A stretch of 64,000 nt of DNA from a virus (IMGVR_UViG_3300042923_000319:8677-72676); one strand, 5' to 3'; counted from the stretch's first letter, positions 42,020-51,759 are shown. The notes: a model not told the origin generated them from the letters alone. Numbers and translations: made by a program.

Positions 42020-42091
42020 CCAACCCATACAACTACATTGGAAAACTACAAAACACGCTCAAAAGGTCACACAGAGAGCACAGGAGGAATA

Positions 42092-42466
42092 ATGGAACAC
42101 ATTGAGAATGTTATAGCGTTCATGGATACACCTTATGATTTGCGTGACGAACAAATAAAGGATCGATGTATTGTCTATAGAGCTGACATGGTGCGTAGCG
42201 ACACAATATCGATGAGAGTCATGGGTATTGGCAGTAAAATCTGTGGTATCTCATTTAAAGGGCAAAGACCAAGCAGAGTATTAATCAAGGAACCAACTAT
42301 AAACACTCAGACAGAACTCAAGCAGTACATTAATTGGCTATCAAAAGAAGTATTGACATGCGCTAGTAATGACTGTGAATTCACCTATGGAACCAACTAT
42401 ACATCAACGAAATTCACCGGGCGTAAAGAGTTCAGTGAATGGCTATCTAGGGTGCGCCAATGCTAG
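42092..42466 (+). CDS. protein resembling a fragment of the terminase ATPase domain
   Basis: GIGSKICGISFKGQRPSRVLIKE...NWLSKEV vs TerL GTGSKIRGMAKRGRRPGIFIMDE...SWLTKAV. Confidence 0.6.
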   Translation: MEHIENVIAFMDTPYDLRDEQIKDRCIVYRADMVRSDTISMRVMGIGSKICGISFKGQRPSRVLIKEPTINTQTELKQYINWLSKEVLTCASNDCEFTYGTNYTSTKFTGRKEFSEWLSRVRQC

Positions 42467-42771
42467 TCTTATTAATCACCGACTCAAACTCTCATTTCTT
42501 CGACGATGCCAACGTTATACCAACAGATATTTTAATGCTTCGACGCTCTACCGATGACCTATCCAATGTATCCGACACTGACGGCAATGTTCCAGACAAA
42601 GTTATTATTGATGCTGAAGCAAATGTTGATTTCCAAAGATACGTTGATTTAGCAAAGACACTCAAAGATGACGCAGAAATAATCTATAGAATTTCTGGTG
42701 TAAATCGAATAGCAACAAGGAATTTGTTCATAGAAATGTTAGAAATAATTTTAGGGAAAAGAGGAATGTAA
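42460..42771 (+). CDS. hypothetical protein with a Walker-B-like PDKVIID segment
   Basis: Coupled ORF with similar size and architecture to the preceding gene. Confidence 0.55.
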   Translation: MLVLLITDSNSHFFDDANVIPTDILMLRRSTDDLSNVSDTDGNVPDKVIIDAEANVDFQRYVDLAKTLKDDAEIIYRISGVNRIATRNLFIEMLEIILGKRGM

Positions 42772-42774
42772 ATA

Positions 42775-43062
42775 ATGGCAGCGATATCAACAGCAACACC
42801 AATACAGATTAACGGGAGCATTACGGCTTCAACTGACACAGAAGCAACGATAACAGCAACAGAAATGCTCGTGGGTAGTGTTTACTATACATTCGTTATA
42901 CCAAAGACATTCACAGTAGCAACCACAGACTACTCAACGACAGCACTAAGTCCATCCGAAGAAGCAGTCGCAGTAAAGCTAGCAACTGGCACAACGCTAC
43001 AATCGAATTTAACACAGATTGAAAAATTGGCATCAACGAGTTTAGCACAGAAATTAGCATGA
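42775..43062 (+). CDS. Thr/Ala/Ser-rich protein, possibly virion-associated
   Basis: Amino-acid composition; RBS AGAGG. Confidence 0.55.
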   Translation: MAAISTATPIQINGSITASTDTEATITATEMLVGSVYYTFVIPKTFTVATTDYSTTALSPSEEAVAVKLATGTTLQSNLTQIEKLASTSLAQKLA

Positions 43063-43253
43063 TGGAAGACCAATACAGACCACCGAATGTAACGTTAGAA
43101 TCTTATGATTGCGGTAGATTCAAGGTATTTATCGATGGTAAACATATGGAAACTGTACAGAAATTCAACATATCTGGTGGTATTGGTGAATGTTCATTAG
43201 TTAAACTTGAGTTTCTAGCGGATGTAAATATTAAATAAATCGTTGGAGGTACA

Positions 43254-43508
43254 ATGATACCAAAAGGTACAATCATAAAATGTCCAGAGTGTGGCACTAA
43301 ACTTTATAAGTACACCGCAGATATAACTGGTGATATGAATATGGTTATTGTACACATGCAATCAATGTTTTATTATGGTAAACAACCAAAGTTAGACATG
43401 AGTAGTTTAACAAGACAACATTGTTATAAGTGTGGTCATTCATTTGATATGCGTGATTTAGAAAGAGATGTTTACATGAAATTCAAGTACAACACGGAGG
43501 TACAATGA
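43254..43508 (+). CDS. zinc-ribbon protein
   Basis: CPECG...CYKCG. Confidence 0.6.
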   Translation: MIPKGTIIKCPECGTKLYKYTADITGDMNMVIVHMQSMFYYGKQPKLDMSSLTRQHCYKCGHSFDMRDLERDVYMKFKYNTEVQ

Positions 43509-43867
43509 ATAATCCAATTACAAACCTAAGACTAGCTGCTGAAAAGTTCAAATTGGACTATGATAAACAATCATTTTGCGAAGTCGAGCTTGAATGTTAC
43601 AAAAAGGGCATCGAAATAGAAGATGACATAATCCCTACTATCGATTATATAAAAGAAATATGTAAGAAAACTGGGTATGAGCTATGGATTAAAAAGGGTG
43701 GACTTAAATTCTACAAAGCTATATCGAGACAGACCTTTGATTTACCATTTATGTTACTCGAAGAAGGCGATATTATAACCTTTGGTACTAGTACTGGTAT
43801 TTCCTATAAGTATACTGTGTTTGCTACTAATTATGTTGATGGCAGACTTAAGGTGACTGTTGAATGA
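43505..43867 (+). CDS. hypothetical protein
   Basis: RBS GGAGG. Confidence 0.6.
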   Translation: MNNPITNLRLAAEKFKLDYDKQSFCEVELECYKKGIEIEDDIIPTIDYIKEICKKTGYELWIKKGGLKFYKAISRQTFDLPFMLLEEGDIITFGTSTGISYKYTVFATNYVDGRLKVTVE

Positions 43868-44161
43868 GCAAGGAAGAACAAGATCGTCACAAGCGGAAAA
43901 CCATAAAGAAACCACGGAATATCAAGAAATACATCAAAGAAAAGCTCAATAAACTTGAGTACATGGAGGAAATCTATGGAAAACGATGAATTAATCGAGG
44001 TTATCGATGATCTACGTGAAGAAAATGAATACTTAAGAGATACATTGATTGTAGCATTGGTTAAACTGTCGAAATATCAGCAGGAAGAGATCGATGGCTA
44101 TGATAAATACTTCGCTGGATTCGGCAATAGGTCTAACTAAGGTGTCTACTGATGTGTAGAC

Positions 44162-44430
44162 AATGTAACTGGAGTAGCTACCAGTGAGGGCGTGGCGGTA
44201 GTCACAAATACTGTGATAGCGTGGATGGGGCAATTGCAGACTTTATTACAGACGCTGCATCGACACGGTGGCAGCGATGGTGTGCGGCGATTCGGGTTGG
44301 GGCTGTGCATATTCTAGTCTTAACCTTCATTGGTTGACATTGCCTGGGGTTACACCTGGGTTACATAGCGGGGTGGAAATCTGCGGATGACACTTTGGAT
44401 ACTCGGATGCGTCTGAGTATCCTTACGCTG
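44162..44430 (+). ncRNA. candidate structured non-coding RNA upstream of the tRNAs
   Basis: GC-rich with no credible ORF; end pairing ATGTAACT/GGTTACAT, internal GGGCAAT/ATTGCCT, and several hairpins including GGATACTCGGA-tgcg-TCTGAGTATCC. Confidence 0.5.
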
Positions 44431-44434
44431 ATAT

Positions 44435-44509
44435 GATTCGATAGTTCAATGGTAGAACAGCGGTCTCCAAAACCGTTAGATCAAGGTTCAAATCCTTGTC
44501 GGATCGCCA
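44435..44509 (+). tRNA. tRNA-Trp(CCA)
   Basis: Full cloverleaf, anticodon loop CTCCAAA, T-loop TTCAAAT, encoded CCA end. Confidence 0.92.
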
Positions 44510-44511
44510 AT

Positions 44512-44585
44512 GCTTCCTTAGTTTAACGGTAGAACGAGGATTTTGTAAATCTTTAGCGATAGTTCAACTCTATCAGGAAGCTCCA
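44512..44585 (+). tRNA. tRNA-Thr(TGT)
   Basis: GCTTCCT/AGGAAGC acceptor stem, anticodon loop TTTGTAA, encoded CCA end. Confidence 0.88.
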
Positions 44586-44619
44586 AAATAAAACTAAATA
44601 TTAACTAAGATATAAACCG

Positions 44620-44653
44620 AGAGCACCAGTGAGAAATCGCTGGTGCTCTTATT
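44620..44653 (+). terminator. hairpin after the tRNA pair
   Basis: AGAGCACCAGTGA-gaaa-TCGCTGGTGCTCT. Confidence 0.7.
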
Positions 44654-44670
44654 AATCTAAGGAGGAAACA

Positions 44671-44928
44671 ATGTTAAAGATTGAAAAACTTCAAGAAGCT
44701 TTAGAGGCAACAAGAGGTAGAGGTAATACGACACATTTGCTAAAGTCGGTTCAAGGAACCAATGTTGACTTGTTGGTTGATACTGAATGCACTAGAGAGA
44801 TTTTAGGACATACAAATGTAGTCTCGTTTAAATCGTACAGTCCCGACAGAGCATTTGTGCTAGATAACAACGTTATACAAGATGCAATTAATGAAGCATT
44901 AGAACTAATCGCTAGATTAAGAAAATAG
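44671..44928 (+). CDS. small protein with degenerate P-loop-like RGRGNTT
   Basis: RBS AGGAGG; RGRGNTT...AFVLDN. Confidence 0.6.
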   Translation: MLKIEKLQEALEATRGRGNTTHLLKSVQGTNVDLLVDTECTREILGHTNVVSFKSYSPDRAFVLDNNVIQDAINEALELIARLRK

Positions 44929-45099
44929 CTTGAGTATATACTCCGAGGGACTCATGAGAAATCATGGGTCTTTTTTGTATGCACTCAAGTGCAGAGCGTT
45001 GGGTTGATCCCCTGATGCTAGGGTGTTTGGTACGTCTCCGCTGAACACCCTAAAACAATTTTATGGAGACACAGAATAAAACGAATGGGGCGATGTTAA

Positions 45100-46083
45100 A
45101 TGACAAAAGAATTACAAGTGTTTAAACAGCAGGAAGTTTTAGGAAAAATGTTCACAATTTATGGTGATGCAGAAAATCCATTATTCTTAGCTAAAGAGGT
45201 TGCTGAGTGGATTGATTATAACAAAGACAAAATCGGGCAAATGCTTAAGACTATTGACGAGGAAGAAAAAGAAACCTCACCGATATTTTATAGCGGTCAG
45301 GTTAGAGATATGTGGTTTATCAGTGAAGATGGTCTTTATGAAGTACTTATGCAATCACATAAACCAATCGCTAAACAATTTAAGAAACAAGTCAAATTTA
45401 TCCTTAAGACCATCCGCAAAACTGGTCACTACGAAACACCAGAATACAAAATTATGATAGAAACCCAAAATGAACTTAAAGAAATGAAAACAATGTTAAT
45501 TGAAAGTGGTGTCATAGGAGCTTATGTGAATCCAACCCACTTATTTTATAGACTCAATGTATCATACAAAATAACTACTAATGATAATAGTCACAGGGGT
45601 ATCCACGAAGCCATCGGTAATTACTTTGGAGTTAACGTTCCATATAGTGATCAAATCCCAGTTACATTAAGAGACTACTTGATCGACAAAGTTGGTATCG
45701 AAGAAATTCGTAAGTTTATCGTAGGAATCCAATCGGGTAGAATTGTTAAATCTAAACGTGGTAACTATGTAAACCTCAATGGGTTCGGTAGTAATAACTA
45801 TGAGTGGTCAAAAGTAGTTGATGAGTTTGATCACAAATGTGCTTACTGCGGAATATCTGAAGATAAAACTAAAATGATTCCAGAGCATATCGTTGCTCAA
45901 TCAATAATGTCTGAGGAACATCCAGAATTATGCGACCTTGTTGGTTCTATCGTTCCAGCCTGTGGATGTTGCAATGGCTCCAAGAATACTTCTGATATGG
46001 AAACATGGTTCCGCAAGCAATCATTCTTCTCAGAGTATAGACTCCAGAAAATCCAAAGACACATCAAAAAATATGAACTTTAG
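45100..46083 (+). CDS. BRO-N domain plus C-terminal HNH nuclease
   Basis: NPLFLAKEVAEWI...SEDGLYEVLMQSHKPIAKQFK; CAYCG...EHIV...VPACGCCNGSK. Confidence 0.85.
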   Translation: MTKELQVFKQQEVLGKMFTIYGDAENPLFLAKEVAEWIDYNKDKIGQMLKTIDEEEKETSPIFYSGQVRDMWFISEDGLYEVLMQSHKPIAKQFKKQVKFILKTIRKTGHYETPEYKIMIETQNELKEMKTMLIESGVIGAYVNPTHLFYRLNVSYKITTNDNSHRGIHEAIGNYFGVNVPYSDQIPVTLRDYLIDKVGIEEIRKFIVGIQSGRIVKSKRGNYVNLNGFGSNNYEWSKVVDEFDHKCAYCGISEDKTKMIPEHIVAQSIMSEEHPELCDLVGSIVPACGCCNGSKNTSDMETWFRKQSFFSEYRLQKIQRHIKKYEL

Positions 46084-46130
46084 AAGCCACCGAACAAACG
46101 GTGGTTATTTTTTATTTATAGGAGGATTCA

Positions 46131-46670
46131 ATGACTTGTATCGTTGGCTTTATTGATAAAGGTAATGTTTATATCGGCGGAGATTCAGCGTCATCCAACC
46201 AATCAATCATAAGGACTCGCAAAGCACCAAAGGTATTTACTAATGGCGAATTTCTAATTGGCACAAGTGGTTCATTTCGTATGAGTGGCCTTATTAGATA
46301 TTCATTCAATCCACCTAAATATATTGAAGCTGCACATGGAGATATCTGTAGATATATGTGTACAGCTTTTGTTGATTCGTTACGTAACTGCTTGACAAGC
46401 GGTGGATTCGCGAAGGTTTCATGCAATGAAGAGACTGGCGGATTTTTCTTAGTTGGATTCAAGGGAAAGTTGTTCACAGTCGAGGCTGATTACCAAGTTG
46501 AAGAATGTGTTGATCAATACACTTCTATTGGTTCTGGAGAATCATACGCCCTCGGTTCGCTCTTTAGCTCAACCAAAGAAACACCAAAAGAAAAGATAGA
46601 AGATGCATTAAAATGTGCTGAATACTTTAATCCATTCGTTAGAAGTCCATTCACAATACTGAAGATATAG
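46131..46670 (+). CDS. HslV/proteasome-beta-like Ntn protease
   Basis: N-terminal Thr (M-TCIVG), IGGDSA, SIGSGESYALG. Confidence 0.75.
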   Translation: MTCIVGFIDKGNVYIGGDSASSNQSIIRTRKAPKVFTNGEFLIGTSGSFRMSGLIRYSFNPPKYIEAAHGDICRYMCTAFVDSLRNCLTSGGFAKVSCNEETGGFFLVGFKGKLFTVEADYQVEECVDQYTSIGSGESYALGSLFSSTKETPKEKIEDALKCAEYFNPFVRSPFTILKI

Positions 46671-46683
46671 GAGGTGAGAACCA

Positions 46684-48294
46684 ATGGATGACATAGTACT
46701 ACATGACTTATTCCTCGGTTCAGACGAAACAAGACCAGATGAAGATCAGCCACTCAAAGAACAATGTAGATATTCACTAAAACTATTCTGTGAAACCTAT
46801 CTCAAACATTGGTTCTACGCTCCATGGTGTGGTTTTCACTTAGAAATTATCCAGATGCTCGAAGATTTAACCTTTGCTAAAACACGAAGAAAACAATACA
46901 CAGCAGTGGCAAGTCCTAGAAAGCATGCCAAGACAACCATAGTGTCCAAGGCTTATTCATTATGGCTTATATGTTACAAACATGAGCCAAACATCGTACT
47001 TATCGCTGATACCATCGGTCAATCGTGTGAGTACTTAGATGACGTTAAGAATGAGATTGAATCCAATGATTTACTCATAGCTGACTTCGGTAATCTCATG
47101 GGTAAACTGTGGAGAAACAATCAGATCACAACGGCAAACGAAGTCACTATAACATGCAAAGGTACTGGCAGTAAAATTCGTGGGATGGCTAAGAGAGGTC
47201 GTCGTCCAGGTATTTTCATAATGGATGAATTGGAAAATGATGAGTTCGTAGAAAACGCCAATATCCGTAAGAAACTTCGCTCATGGCTCACTAAGGCTGT
47301 CATTCCATCATCCTGTGAAACTGGTAAGTTCTTCATTATCGGAACCATCATGCATGAAGATAGTCTTTTGAATAATCTTCTGAACAGCAAAGAGTTCTCT
47401 TATTGGAAGCGATATTTTTACCAAGCAGTCCAAGAGTTCAGCGAAAGTCCTCTGTGGGATGAATGGGTAGCCATCATGGAAAACGAGGAATCCAATGATT
47501 CCGAGGAACAAGCCTACCAGTTCTATAAGGATCACAGAGATGAGATGCTGAAGGGTGTTAAGGCTCTCTGGATGGACAACTATGATGATTACTACTATGA
47601 CATGATGGTAATGAAGTGGTCTGACCCAGATGCATTCTCAAGTGAAGAAATGAATGTCGCGATATCACCAGAAAATCAAACGTTTACCGCAGAGTTGCTT
47701 GATAGTGTTACATTCGATGATATTCCATGCAAGATAACCGAGATAAAAATTGGTGTAGACCCTAGCCTTGGCAAGAGTAAGAAAAGCGATCTATCGTCAA
47801 TCTGTGCTGTAGCCAGAGGTGAAAACGGCAAACTCTACGTTATTGACGTTGACGCCAAGCGCAGGAAGGTTGATATTCTCGTCGAGGATGTCTTTAGTAT
47901 GGCTATGAAATACAATGATAAATTATCGAAAATCAATATTGAAGCCAACGGATTGCAACATTTGTTCTTAGAACAATTTGTGATGGCTAGTGAGAAAACT
48001 GGCGTTTACTTTGCATACGAAGGTATCAAAACAGATAGCAATAAGGAAATCAAGATTCAAGCATTGGCTCCTAAGATGAAGCAAGGCTCACTTAAGATAC
48101 ACCGTAGACTCAAGACATTACGCAATGAATTACTGGCGTTTCCAAAAGGCAAGACTGATGACATCATGGATTCTGTTTGTTTGGCTATTGATGGTGCGTT
48201 CACATCTTCTGGATTCTGCTTCACATCATTGCCAGGATCAAGAGAGTCTCATCGACACGTAGGTATCAATAATTTTCTTAATAGGAGGAGGTGA
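46684..48294 (+). CDS. terminase large subunit
   Basis: PRKHAKTT, IFIMDE, GTIMHED, GVDPS, FPKGKTDDIMDS. Confidence 0.92.
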   Translation: MDDIVLHDLFLGSDETRPDEDQPLKEQCRYSLKLFCETYLKHWFYAPWCGFHLEIIQMLEDLTFAKTRRKQYTAVASPRKHAKTTIVSKAYSLWLICYKHEPNIVLIADTIGQSCEYLDDVKNEIESNDLLIADFGNLMGKLWRNNQITTANEVTITCKGTGSKIRGMAKRGRRPGIFIMDELENDEFVENANIRKKLRSWLTKAVIPSSCETGKFFIIGTIMHEDSLLNNLLNSKEFSYWKRYFYQAVQEFSESPLWDEWVAIMENEESNDSEEQAYQFYKDHRDEMLKGVKALWMDNYDDYYYDMMVMKWSDPDAFSSEEMNVAISPENQTFTAELLDSVTFDDIPCKITEIKIGVDPSLGKSKKSDLSSICAVARGENGKLYVIDVDAKRRKVDILVEDVFSMAMKYNDKLSKINIEANGLQHLFLEQFVMASEKTGVYFAYEGIKTDSNKEIKIQALAPKMKQGSLKIHRRLKTLRNELLAFPKGKTDDIMDSVCLAIDGAFTSSGFCFTSLPGSRESHRHVGINNFLNRRR

Positions 48295-48299
48295 TAAAA

Positions 48300-49610
48300 C
48301 TGAAATGGTATCAAAAATTATTCTCAGCAAGACCTAGATCAATCCCTGCTCCAACAGCAGAAACATCCGAAGCAGACTCATGGGGACTTAATAAGTTGCT
48401 CCCACGCAGATATCGAACCTATGGGTTAAACAAGAATAAGCAAAGGCAATTACGACAGTTATCTCGTAGCGGTATCATAAGGCGTGGTATTGAGCGAATT
48501 AAGCGTGGCGTAAAGAACCTCGATTATGAGCTTGAAATCCAAGGTAAGATGAGTAACAAACAACAGGAACAATTAAGAGCAGCCATTGATACAGTTCTGC
48601 AATCACCAAATATAATCCATGATTATGATGCGTTTATCGACATGATACTTGAGGATTTGATAGTGCTTGATGCAGGAGTATTTAATGTAGTTAAGGGTGG
48701 CAATCCAATGCGACCTCTCTTTTTATACCCTGTTGACTCTATGACAATTGAGATACTACAACCGTATGACTTTACTAACCCCAATGGTGATCGATATGTA
48801 CAACGAGCATCATGGGCTATCGACGAGAAAACGTTTAGTACAACCGATATGGCATATCTACAGATCAACCACTTTACTGATACACCGTATGGCTTAAGTC
48901 CAATTGAGAAACTATGGCGATATCTTAACTACTTTATGGATGCTCTTGATAATGCTTCTGATATCGCATCTGCTGATACACCAAAATTCATAGTCGGTCT
49001 TAAGAATGCCGAAGATGGAAAACTCAAGAAATTCCAAGAATACATGCTTAATGAAATCGAAGGAACTGGACACATACCGATAGTTGGCGGTGAGGTTGAT
49101 AGTAAGCAAATAGGAGCTATCAATAGTGATTCATTATTCCTTGAATGGCAAAAGTTCTTACTGACACTCGTCGCTAAATGCTTTGACTTACCAGAGTCAT
49201 TCTTTATTACTGCTGATGTTAATGACCGCAATAACTTATCTGAGGTTGAACAGCAGGTACTCATGGAAGCTGTTAAACCTTATGCAAAGGTTATTCAAAG
49301 GGCTATTAATGTAAACGTCATACAGGCTATGGGAATTTACAATGTTAAATTCAAGTTTAAATATGACGAAACAGAAACAGAGAAGAAAACCAAGGAAGAC
49401 AGAATCAGTAACAAATATTTACGTGGTGTTATTACTCAGAATCAAGCATTGGTTGAACTTGGTTATCAATTGAGCACATCGAAATACGCTGATTTAACCA
49501 TAACTGAAGCCAAGGCTAAAATCAATAAAGACTTTGCTGTAAACACTGGCGGATTTAACGGTCAAGGTTCAGCAAAAGACAATAGTAATCCAGAAACTAA
49601 GACGGGTTAA
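48300..49610 (+). CDS. portal protein (probable CTG start; GTG 48291 lies within the RBS)
   Basis: Follows TerL; LYPVDSMTI, PYGLSPIE. Confidence 0.85.
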   Translation: MKWYQKLFSARPRSIPAPTAETSEADSWGLNKLLPRRYRTYGLNKNKQRQLRQLSRSGIIRRGIERIKRGVKNLDYELEIQGKMSNKQQEQLRAAIDTVLQSPNIIHDYDAFIDMILEDLIVLDAGVFNVVKGGNPMRPLFLYPVDSMTIEILQPYDFTNPNGDRYVQRASWAIDEKTFSTTDMAYLQINHFTDTPYGLSPIEKLWRYLNYFMDALDNASDIASADTPKFIVGLKNAEDGKLKKFQEYMLNEIEGTGHIPIVGGEVDSKQIGAINSDSLFLEWQKFLLTLVAKCFDLPESFFITADVNDRNNLSEVEQQVLMEAVKPYAKVIQRAINVNVIQAMGIYNVKFKFKYDETETEKKTKEDRISNKYLRGVITQNQALVELGYQLSTSKYADLTITEAKAKINKDFAVNTGGFNGQGSAKDNSNPETKTG

Positions 49611-49623
49611 GGAGGTGATAACG

Positions 49624-50589
49624 ATAGATAAACTACAGTTACAAATACAAGATTTAAGTTTTACAACAGACCAAAAGCATTGTAATGTTATGACTTGGAC
49701 AGGCGCAGTAACAAAGGTTGGTGTTCCTAGCGATTACACGCCAGGTGGCGCAGAGACACCTGTGGTATGGGAAAGAGAAGCTGTAGAAGCTGCCAAGGAT
49801 ACAATGTTAGAAATGCCATTGAACTGCGAATATCCAGATGATGAATGGTTCAGTAATCCAGCACTGGCTTTTACACAGCATAACACCAGATTTGTCATTG
49901 GCTCTGTGCGAAAGACATGGATTGATGGTGAAAACTTTATGTGCTCAGGGATTATCTGGAAGGATAACTTTGCAGATGTCGCATGGATGATTCAAAATGC
50001 TAAAGATGCACTAGGATTTTCCGTAGAGCTTTATCCATTAGAGCACGAGGCACAAGCTGATGGTTATGACCATATTACCAAACTTGAATTTACAGGTTTG
50101 ACTATATGTTGGAAAAACGTAGCTGCATTTTCCGATACATTCTTAACTCAATTAGCAGCATCAAGAAAAATCAAAAACGAAAAGGTGGATGATACAATGA
50201 CTCCAGAAGAAATGAAAGCAATGTTAGAAGGTTTTACCCAAAGCATGACAGCAGAAATTGCTAAAGTACAATCCAGTGTTGAATCTAAGGTAGACGCATT
50301 GGAATCCAAAATTAAAGTACAGGAAGAAGCAGAGAAAGTCGAAGCTTCTAAAAAGGTCGAAGCCGATGCATTAGCTAAGGTAGAAGCTGAAAAAGAAGCA
50401 TTGAAAGCGGAATTAGCTAAAGTTCAAGCATCAGTAATTCCAGCTCCAGCAGCAGTGCAAACAGCAGCATCTAAAGATAATACAGTGGATTATACTGGCG
50501 AGTTCGCTAAAATTAACCAAATGAATTGCAGTGTTTCAGAAAAAGTAAAACTTAGAGCTTCATTGGCACTTAAAGCAACAGCAATCTAA
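49624..50589 (+). CDS. prohead protease/scaffold protein (probable ATA start)
   Basis: Between portal and capsid; GFSVE, FTG...AAF; Ala/Glu/Lys-rich C-terminus; possible internal start MTPEEMK. Confidence 0.72.
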   Translation: MDKLQLQIQDLSFTTDQKHCNVMTWTGAVTKVGVPSDYTPGGAETPVVWEREAVEAAKDTMLEMPLNCEYPDDEWFSNPALAFTQHNTRFVIGSVRKTWIDGENFMCSGIIWKDNFADVAWMIQNAKDALGFSVELYPLEHEAQADGYDHITKLEFTGLTICWKNVAAFSDTFLTQLAASRKIKNEKVDDTMTPEEMKAMLEGFTQSMTAEIAKVQSSVESKVDALESKIKVQEEAEKVEASKKVEADALAKVEAEKEALKAELAKVQASVIPAPAAVQTAASKDNTVDYTGEFAKINQMNCSVSEKVKLRASLALKATAI

Positions 50590-50662
50590 TATCAATAATT
50601 TCTTATGGATCACCAATGGGTGGTCTTTTTTATTTACCCAAAAATGAGAGGATGATGAATTA

Positions 50663-51730
50663 ATGAATAACAGTTTTTTATTTAATCAATACGCAGGGGA
50701 AACTTATAACAAGTATGTTAATGCAGTACAACAAAGAGCTACGGCTAGAAAAATGGCAGCAGCAGGTATCACGACTCCGACATTAAACGAAGGTCATAAC
50801 ATTCACTTAGCATTGTTTGAAGATACGATTTATGACTACTTAAACCGTGATCTTTCAATCTACAACTTGATCCCTTCTTATGAAGCTACTGGGCAACCTA
50901 CATTGTGGTTTGAACAAACGAAACGTCCAGAAAATGAACAGTTTAGTTCTCCTACGAGCTTAACATATAAAGCTATCGATGCAGACTATGGTCGTGTTCC
51001 AAAATCAGCGATGATCAAATGTATTACCTCTAAATTTAATGTTCCATTCTTCAATACCTTGGTGGCTCGTCAACAAAACGCATTGCCAGACTTTGTTGCT
51101 AAGGATATTGAAGATTGGGCTTACAGCTTAAAACGCTTTATAAACACTAAATTATACTATGGCTCTGACACTGACTTGGCTACGCCAACTACTACAGAAT
51201 ACATGGGTATTATGAAGCAAATAACTAACATTGCTACAAAAGCTTATACTGATACCGCTACTCATATCACAGACATTCTTGAAACTGAAATTGCAGCTAT
51301 GGATTCTGACATTGTTAACAACACTGGTTCTGGTAATGATTTAATCATTATGATGAATGGTATGACGATGGACAAATGGGTTAAACAGGAACGTGCGTTA
51401 AATTCTAACTTCCGTCCTGAAACTGCTGAAGTTCGTCCTGGTTTCAATATTCCAGCAATCAGAACAGCTAAAGGATTAATCCCAGTTATTACCGATAATT
51501 TCATCAATACCACTGCTGAAACTGGTTATACAAATCACCCAATTGTCGTATTGAACCGTCGCATGGTTGAACGTCGTTACATCGGTTCTCCAGACCCAAT
51601 GGTATTTGATTGGAATATGGGGAATGACCAATTAACCACTGATAAACTTGCGGTATTATTCGACAACGTAATTGTTCGTGGTGGTTCATTTGCTCATGCG
51701 TTAGTTAATTATCAAGTAGCAACAGCATAA
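50663..51730 (+). CDS. major capsid protein
   Basis: Position and size, flanking terminators, biased codon usage. Confidence 0.8.
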   Translation: MNNSFLFNQYAGETYNKYVNAVQQRATARKMAAAGITTPTLNEGHNIHLALFEDTIYDYLNRDLSIYNLIPSYEATGQPTLWFEQTKRPENEQFSSPTSLTYKAIDADYGRVPKSAMIKCITSKFNVPFFNTLVARQQNALPDFVAKDIEDWAYSLKRFINTKLYYGSDTDLATPTTTEYMGIMKQITNIATKAYTDTATHITDILETEIAAMDSDIVNNTGSGNDLIIMMNGMTMDKWVKQERALNSNFRPETAEVRPGFNIPAIRTAKGLIPVITDNFINTTAETGYTNHPIVVLNRRMVERRYIGSPDPMVFDWNMGNDQLTTDKLAVLFDNVIVRGGSFAHALVNYQVATA

Positions 51731-51735
51731 TCTAT

Positions 51736-51759
51736 GGGAGCTTAACGGCTCCCTTTTTT
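51736..51759 (+). terminator. intrinsic terminator after the capsid gene
   Basis: GGGAGC-ttaacg-GCTCCC-TTTTTT. Confidence 0.85.

Noticed and set aside
44512-44585. tRNA-Tyr(GTA) reading of the second tRNA
   Set aside because: A 5-bp stem and 7-nt loop centre the anticodon on TGT, and the variable arm is short, unlike bacterial tRNA-Tyr
452-48294. Inteins or introns in dnaE, nrdJ, helicase or terL
   Set aside because: Protein lengths are normal and motifs are contiguous; no intein boundaries or LAGLIDADG blocks are visible
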